From IMG/VR virus record IMGVR_UViG_3300033062_002592, positions 1 through 64,000 of that record: 64,000 nt of DNA; one strand, 5' to 3'. This DNA is from a virus. Lineage: Duplodnaviria > Caudoviricetes. Below are positions 58,080 to 64,000 of the stretch, piece after piece. The notes under the pieces are model-generated. The model saw only the letters and a list, made by a program, of their open reading frames with translations, was not told where the DNA came from and did not search any database. The position numbers and the translations under genes are program-made. Numbering within the stretch: position 1 is the stretch's first letter; every line of letters begins with the position of its first letter.

Positions 58080-59218
58080 TGAAAATAGCAATGGTAACCA
58101 CATGGCGCACAGCCTGTGGAGTTGCAAAATATACTGAAGAATTATGCAACGAGCTTTCCAAACTTTGTGAATTGAGGATTTTTGCAGAACATACCCAAAA
58201 AGAGCTTGAGCCAATAAACAAAGATGCAAACATTTTTTATAAACGATGCTATATTAGAGGAGGCTCTTATCAAGAAGAACTCGAAGAAATATTGGATTAT
58301 AAGCCAGACCTAGTTCATGTACAATTCGAATCATCTATGTATAGTGAATCTTATAACCCAAACAGTCTTCATCTTAAATTTTTGGATACATTACATATAA
58401 ATGGTATAAGAACCTGTATGACCTTTCACAATGTATTACCATTTCCAAATTTCGTAAACAATGAGGTGCAGCAAATTGCATTATGGTACAGTAGCTTGAA
58501 CAACAAAGTTATTGTTGGCAACGAAACCACTAAAAACGAATTTTTGAAATGGAATAAAAATATAGATATATCTGTAATACCTCTAGGTTCAACAATTTTT
58601 GATTCTATTACAAAAGAAGAAGCTCTTAAAAAACTGGGTCTTTCCAATAAAATTTACATAATACAGCCAGGATTCTATGGAGCCGACAAAGGAATGGTTC
58701 AACTTGTTAAATTGATGCCTGAATTGCTTCAGAAATTCCCAAATATTCATCTAGTTTTTGCTGGTGGACTTCATCCATTGGCTCCAGATGCTTGGAAAAT
58801 TCACACAAAAGAATGTCTCAAAGAAATCATCAAATTAAACCTAATCAAATATGTATATCCTTTAGGAAAGTTTCTTTCAGAAGATGAATTAAATGTTTGG
58901 CTAGGGTTATCTGACATAGTGATGCTAAATTACCACTGGGTTTCCGGTTTATATAGCGCATCAGCATCCGGCCATCGAGTCCTATGCACTAACAGACCCA
59001 TAATCATGAATTCTCAAGATGTGCGCCTTTCAGAGTTTCAGGATGGCATTCAATGCTGCAAAGCTGATGATGCCCATATGGTAGAAGCCATTTCGAAATG
59101 CTTATCTGATAAACTTTATGCTGATAAAATAGCTAAAGGCGCTATTGACTATGCCCACGAAACATCATTTGAATCTATAGCAAAAAAACATATGGAGATT
59201 TATGAAAAATGCAATTAG
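58079..59218 (+). CDS. Glycosyltransferase family 4
   Basis: MVTTW..CGVAKYT, HVQFE, PGFYGADKG, SASASG. Confidence 0.85.
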   Translation: MKIAMVTTWRTACGVAKYTEELCNELSKLCELRIFAEHTQKELEPINKDANIFYKRCYIRGGSYQEELEEILDYKPDLVHVQFESSMYSESYNPNSLHLKFLDTLHINGIRTCMTFHNVLPFPNFVNNEVQQIALWYSSLNNKVIVGNETTKNEFLKWNKNIDISVIPLGSTIFDSITKEEALKKLGLSNKIYIIQPGFYGADKGMVQLVKLMPELLQKFPNIHLVFAGGLHPLAPDAWKIHTKECLKEIIKLNLIKYVYPLGKFLSEDELNVWLGLSDIVMLNYHWVSGLYSASASGHRVLCTNRPIIMNSQDVRLSEFQDGIQCCKADDAHMVEAISKCLSDKLYADKIAKGAIDYAHETSFESIAKKHMEIYEKCN

Positions 59219-60300
59219 GATTAGTTTCAACCTTCGGAGTTAAATGTGGCCTTTCAACCTATAGTACGTATCTCGGCAACGCTCTGCAAAATTCAAAAAT
59301 TTCTGTCACAGGATTATCAGAATTTCCTTTTCCAGATGAAAAAGCTATTACTCCGGATTTTCAACCCAAATTTCCATTCTTCAATTGTTGGAAAAGAACA
59401 GAGTTCTATGATAGATTAATCAAAGAAAGTCATAACTATGATATAATTCATATTCAACATCAGTTTGGATTGTTCAACAATACCTATGCTTGGATACAGC
59501 TTTTGCAAAAGATTAAAAAGCCCATTCTTACAATCCATGATATAGTTCCACCAAATGAGCAGCTTTCAACCTATTTCACAGAAACATTTCACCATGCTGA
59601 TAGGCTCATAGTACATACGAATACTTGCAAAAATATGCTTGAAAGTTGGAACTGTCCAAAAGATAAAATCGAATTGATTCCGCATGGCACAAAACTCATA
59701 GATGTTCCCACCAAAACTGAAGCTCGTAAGGAGCTTCAACTTCCAGAAAATGCAAAGATAATTTTATCATGGGGATTTATTTGGGAATCCAAAGGCTTGC
59801 TAGAGCTAACGAATATTCTTTCAGAAGTTAAAAAAACTTATCCAGAAGCAATTTTAATTCATGCCGGCGGCGTTCACCCTATATTGCAGAAATCGCAATA
59901 TGTTGCGAACATTTTAAAAGCCGCAATAAAATCTGGGCTTGGACCAAAAGATTTAATTATAACCCAGTGGGTTCCAGAAGATAAAGTGCCAACATGGTTC
60001 GGCGCTGCAGATGTAATTGTTTTGAACTATATGAGAGGCAGTGCCTCAGCCAGCGGTGCCGCGCACAGAGCTATGGCTGGTCATCGACCAATTATAAAAA
60101 CAGATGATCCATGTGTTGAAGATATTACAGGTTATACCGTTGCGCGTTTCGATATTAATGCTCTCTATAATGCGATATTGAAAGTTCTACAGGATGAAGT
60201 TTTGCAGAAAACTTTGGTTGAACAGGCAGAAAAAGCTTCCATAGAAACTTCGTGGCAAAACGTTGCTTTGAAGCACAAAAAGCTCTATGGAATGTTTTGA
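59209..60300 (+). CDS. Glycosyltransferase family 4
   Basis: VSTF..KCGLSTYS, HIQHQ, IPHG, WGF...KG, SASGA. Confidence 0.85.
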   Translation: MQLGLVSTFGVKCGLSTYSTYLGNALQNSKISVTGLSEFPFPDEKAITPDFQPKFPFFNCWKRTEFYDRLIKESHNYDIIHIQHQFGLFNNTYAWIQLLQKIKKPILTIHDIVPPNEQLSTYFTETFHHADRLIVHTNTCKNMLESWNCPKDKIELIPHGTKLIDVPTKTEARKELQLPENAKIILSWGFIWESKGLLELTNILSEVKKTYPEAILIHAGGVHPILQKSQYVANILKAAIKSGLGPKDLIITQWVPEDKVPTWFGAADVIVLNYMRGSASASGAAHRAMAGHRPIIKTDDPCVEDITGYTVARFDINALYNAILKVLQDEVLQKTLVEQAEKASIETSWQNVALKHKKLYGMF

Positions 60301-62102
60301 GGCATTCCAGGTATTCCCGGAAATAAACGTTTTCTAAGCCATTCCCAAAAGTTCCATTGATGTTGAGATGCCATAACTGGATAGTTTATTATTGGAATAA
60401 CATTTCCTAATTCAACTTTATTTGTAAAAGTACATATCGATGTATAACCTTGACTATCAAATTTATGTTCTAAATCTATAAGCGCCAAATTTGCAGGAGT
60501 AAATCCTTCTGAACCTATATTTATTAAATACATATTTCCGACTTGTAAACCTGGACTTCCTGTTACAGTTATGGTTGTTTGAATTATTGGATCTTTTTGT
60601 CTTATAATTAACGTATCTGCAATATTTTGGCAATATAGATTACTATTATATGTATTTGAATTTTCTATCTGCGGCCTAAATCCATATAAATTTTGACTTG
60701 TAATATTACTTCCAATTGCTTGAAATTTTGTTCCAATATAAAGTCCATCAAGAAATATGTTTGCCTGTCCAACAGCACCGCCATTCCAAGACCCACTTGT
60801 AAGAAATGTAATTGAATTTATATTAAACCAATCTGGATACCCTATTCTTTTCCAACGGTAGGATCCTGTTGTGGAGTCTTGACTTCCTATCTGACTAAAC
60901 CCTTCATATTCTGGCCCAAGAAATAAAGTATATTCTAAATATCCTGCATATCCCCCACCAATTCCCCACCATTTATAATGGTCTTCTATTCTTGATTCAA
61001 AATAATTGTTTGAATCAGTTTCAAGCCTAACATAACATTTTACTGGAGTTTCTAATGCCCACAAAGTTCCGTAATATACATGCAAAAAGTCTCCATTTGT
61101 AACGAACAAAGTTTTTGGTAATGTTTTAGTTGCGGTAAATACCACATTATCTCCATTTTGAAATCCTGGATTTCCAATGTAAAAATCAATAGAATAAGAT
61201 CCAGAAATTTTATTAATGTCATCATAAATACGTGTTGAGCCAGTGTCAATTCCACGTATGACATCTGTAACTCTTGAAGTCCAACTGCTTCCTGTGGTTT
61301 CACTTCCAGTTTCAGTCCAAATATCGTGGTCTTGGGGCCAATCACTACCAGTCCAACTTGGATCCCTCTGCCCAAAAGCATAAACTTGGTTTATAACATG
61401 TGATAATTCTCTATCTACCCTGTAATCTTTAATATTTGCACCAGTTGTGAAGACTTCTGCTCCAGCTACACTATCTCTTGGAAGCCAATGTAATTTTTTA
61501 TTAACATCAACATAAAAATCATAGGCTACAAAATCACTAATAGTTTTCATAATATTAAAAACTTTTTCATTTTCTACACTCGAAGGATATTCTGTAGCTG
61601 AAGCCACAATATATGCATCATCTGTACTTAGATTTCCTTTTGTAGAGCCAGTACAAAGATTTCTTAAACTTTTTACAATATTATCAGCAGCATCATCCTC
61701 AGGAAATAAATCATCATGATAATATCCACGACTTTGTAAGATTCTATCCATGCATTCTTTATAATCTCTACCTATAAAAGTTCTTAACCAACCATTTCTT
61801 GCAGAAAATTCGCTTCTTATTGTTTCAATTTTTCCCGCAAATTGGTTCGTGCTACCAGTGATATCATATCCATACCAAATTTTTACATCTTCAAAAACAT
61901 TAATATCTTTAAAAGCTCCGGGCACACCAAGTATAGCTGTTGTATCTGGTATTATAATTTCAAAAGATCCAATTGTGCTTGTTAAGCCCTGTTTTACACT
62001 TAATGAAGTCACATAATTTGTGGCGCCATAACCGAAAGCATATTTAAGAGTTGAGCCACTCCAAAATTCAACTCTGTAAACTGGAATTGCTGGAGCAGAC
62101 AT
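60285..62102 (-). CDS. Phage tail-tip/baseplate hub-like protein with inserted beta-rich domain
   Basis: VKIWYGY...FAGKI...GRDY, YDFYVD..K.LH, I..Y......N.V...G, S..LYG, ITVTG...G..Y, .EHK......T hub pattern; adjacent to tape-measure-like gene. Confidence 0.65.
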   Translation of the reverse strand: MSAPAIPVYRVEFWSGSTLKYAFGYGATNYVTSLSVKQGLTSTIGSFEIIIPDTTAILGVPGAFKDINVFEDVKIWYGYDITGSTNQFAGKIETIRSEFSARNGWLRTFIGRDYKECMDRILQSRGYYHDDLFPEDDAADNIVKSLRNLCTGSTKGNLSTDDAYIVASATEYPSSVENEKVFNIMKTISDFVAYDFYVDVNKKLHWLPRDSVAGAEVFTTGANIKDYRVDRELSHVINQVYAFGQRDPSWTGSDWPQDHDIWTETGSETTGSSWTSRVTDVIRGIDTGSTRIYDDINKISGSYSIDFYIGNPGFQNGDNVVFTATKTLPKTLFVTNGDFLHVYYGTLWALETPVKCYVRLETDSNNYFESRIEDHYKWWGIGGGYAGYLEYTLFLGPEYEGFSQIGSQDSTTGSYRWKRIGYPDWFNINSITFLTSGSWNGGAVGQANIFLDGLYIGTKFQAIGSNITSQNLYGFRPQIENSNTYNSNLYCQNIADTLIIRQKDPIIQTTITVTGSPGLQVGNMYLINIGSEGFTPANLALIDLEHKFDSQGYTSICTFTNKVELGNVIPIINYPVMASQHQWNFWEWLRKRLFPGIPGMPQNIP

Positions 62103-62992
62103 TATATTACCTCAATTACATCTAAAGTGAAACTTCTTTCCTGAGGTCTTCCACCTCGGTCTTCAAAATCGATTTTTGAAAAGAATACATTTGTTATAGG
62201 TATTATATTATATCCTCTTTCATCAATATAATTTATTGAACCAGTTGTTCCAGGCAAAGCTCTAAGCCATGCTGAACCTGAATCATTATACGTATAACCC
62301 TTAATAGCGAAAACTCTGTTTTTTGTTCCCATACTTTGTATAACATCAAAGTTAGCCATTGGAATATCGTGTACTACCGTTCTTTGAATTTTTTGTTCCG
62401 TAATTTGATTGGCAATTCCAGATTTTAAGGGTGTACCAATAATTCTAAAGTTGAAGTTTTTATATGTTGGAATATATGCCAACCAACTGCCTCCTCCATC
62501 GGTTGAATAATATCCATCTTCTTGCCATGTTGCTCCACTATAAACACCCGGACTTACTCCCATCCAATATATACAATTAGATGTGTCTCCTGTACCTAAA
62601 ACTGGTCTTACAACAATATTATATGTAATGCCCGGTCTCAATATTATATTTGGAATCACTCTAATATCATACCAGCTCCCCGTGGTGTTTGAAGTTATAT
62701 CTGCCGAAGCAAACGCCCCGCTAGATATAACCAATCCTGAAGGAAAGCCAAGAGATGAATTATAGATACATGCCCATATTGAGGGTGGAACACCAACTTT
62801 AAAAAGCTTAAGTTGTATAGACCATATATTGATACTTTTTCCTAAACCAAAGTCTCCAAGAGCAAAGCTTTCAGAAAGCCAGTTTGTGCCAAAAATGCTT
62901 CCCGAAGCATTATAAGAATCCTCATAGTATTCAATTTTCTGAGGAAAATATGGAAAGAGTTCTCTTATGTTATTATAAATTTTGATTACCAT
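62102..62992 (-). CDS. Distal-tail-like protein with carbohydrate-binding-type beta domain
   Basis: W.S.SF...I.SIQL.L.K.G.P...Y.IVV beta domain; C-terminal HDIP...QSMG...F.I.G...F.L..IEV resembles Dit/DNA-circularisation-type domains. Confidence 0.55.
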   Translation of the reverse strand: MVIKIYNNIRELFPYFPQKIEYYEDSYNASGSIFGTNWLSESFALGDFGLGKSINIWSIQLKLFKVGVPPSIWACIYNSSLGFPSGLVISSGAFASADITSNTTGSWYDIRVIPNIILRPGITYNIVVRPVLGTGDTSNCIYWMGVSPGVYSGATWQEDGYYSTDGGGSWLAYIPTYKNFNFRIIGTPLKSGIANQITEQKIQRTVVHDIPMANFDVIQSMGTKNRVFAIKGYTYNDSGSAWLRALPGTTGSINYIDERGYNIIPITNVFFSKIDFEDRGGRPQERSFTLDVIEVI

Positions 62993-64000
62993 TTATCTGC
63001 CGCCTCTTCTTCGAGCTTCCTGAGCCATTCTCCAAGCTACAGTATCCATCATGTTATCAATATCTACAGTTGATGAAACAGGTCCAGTATTCAAAGTAAT
63101 ATTTATATTATTTAAATTAGTTCCAGCAGGTGTTTGTATTATTGGTTCACTTTTTTGCGTATATACATTTACTCCCATTGGTGGAACAACTTCGTTTTTA
63201 TAGTTATACATATTTGCTATCATTGTTGATGTATTTGTAGTTGTATTTGAGGACGGAAAAACTTCATTTTTATAAATTGGGGGATTTCCCACTGTTAATG
63301 GACTGGGCATTTCTTTTTGCATAAACGTATTTGTGTTTGCCGTTGTAAAGTTATATATATTCATTCCTTCTGGTATAACAGTTTCACCTTTATGTACAAG
63401 CGCAAGGCCTGTTTTTGTAACAACTCCTCCTTTTTGTAGATATGCTATTGTTGATACTATTGGTGCATAAGTTGCCACAGCTCCTGCAACGCCTCCCGCA
63501 GCCGCAGCAGCAGTTTCAGCAGCAGTTGCAGCCCACGCAGCGGAAGCAACATGGGTATAAGAAGTCGCCAGTGCCTCATTTGATATAACCTTTTGAGCAT
63601 CTCCAATTAAACCAAGTTCTTGTGCTATCCTAAACAAATCTACAGCAGTTACAACAATCCTCATTGCAGCACCAACTCCATAAACTGTTGCTGTAACTAA
63701 TTTCAAAACTTCATTATGGTTGAAAAAATAATTATTAAGAACTGATAAGGCTCTGCCCATAAGCATGAAATCCCAGCTTGCGCTGCGAAGAGGAGCTATT
63801 CTTTCCTGTAAAGTTTCTGTATTTTCTCGATTAGCTCTCGAAAAATCCATCGTTGTTGTTGCAGTTATTTTTGTAGCGCCTTGTAAATCCGCCAATCCAC
63901 TTTTTGTTATTTCAATGCCAGAGGTGTCAGCATCCGATGTAACATTGATTCTTATCTCTATGGTATCTCCAGCTCCCCACCCACTTGTAAATGTTCCTCC
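62993..64000 (-). CDS. Tape-measure-like tail protein (5' end outside the window)
   Basis: Frame is open from 64000 to 62993; Ala-rich amphipathic region; LQKGGVV..TGLALVHKGETVIP is typical of tape-measure C-termini. Confidence 0.7.
   Translation of the reverse strand, partial: GGTFTSGWGAGDTIEIRINVTSDADTSGIEITKSGLADLQGATKITATTTMDFSRANRENTETLQERIAPLRSASWDFMLMGRALSVLNNYFFNHNEVLKLVTATVYGVGAAMRIVVTAVDLFRIAQELGLIGDAQKVISNEALATSYTHVASAAWAATAAETAAAAAGGVAGAVATYAPIVSTIAYLQKGGVVTKTGLALVHKGETVIPEGMNIYNFTTANTNTFMQKEMPSPLTVGNPPIYKNEVFPSSNTTTNTSTMIANMYNYKNEVVPPMGVNVYTQKSEPIIQTPAGTNLNNINITLNTGPVSSTVDIDNMMDTVAWRMAQEARRRGGR

Noticed and set aside
1-64000. tRNA, rRNA, integrase, transposase, reverse transcriptase/DGR, capsid or large terminase genes
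   Set aside because: None recognised by eye in this window; they may lie outside it or be too divergent to see without searches.

Overview
This window looks like part of a large archaeal head-tail virus (or provirus/giant mobile element), plausibly of Bathyarchaeia. It has archaeal TATA promoters and GGTGA-type Shine-Dalgarno sites, a dockerin mini-protein and a DUF2153-like protein. Layout: (1) about 1-20 kb is an early/accessory region of dense small ORFs driven by about 18 copies of one extended TATA-TCC(G) promoter; (2) about 23-46 kb is a replication, recombination and nucleotide module (RFC-L/RFC-S, sliding clamp, PolB, fused primase, MCM-like ATPase, SSB, Sak4-like ATPase, ERCC4, Cas4-like nuclease, NrdD, dUTPase-like); (3) about 43-60 kb is a large sugar-synthesis, glycosyltransferase and methyltransferase cluster; (4) 60-64 kb holds tail genes on the minus strand. 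The standout observation is a complete ubiquitin-like conjugation operon (beta-grasp Ubl ending ...TTGA, E2-like, JAB, E1/ThiF), translationally coupled to a chain of small genes and a HerA/FtsK-like ATPase. In total 19 small, otherwise unrelated proteins in four clusters all end in the same peptide tag (consensus K/P-R-K-K-G-x-F/L-I/V-G-x-R/E-V-x-Q). Synonymous-codon divergence shows the tag is conserved at the protein level, which suggests a modular tag-plus-variable-domain effector or adaptor system. Four promoter-driven structured ncRNA candidates were also found. All family calls are from motif recognition by eye; no database searches were run.
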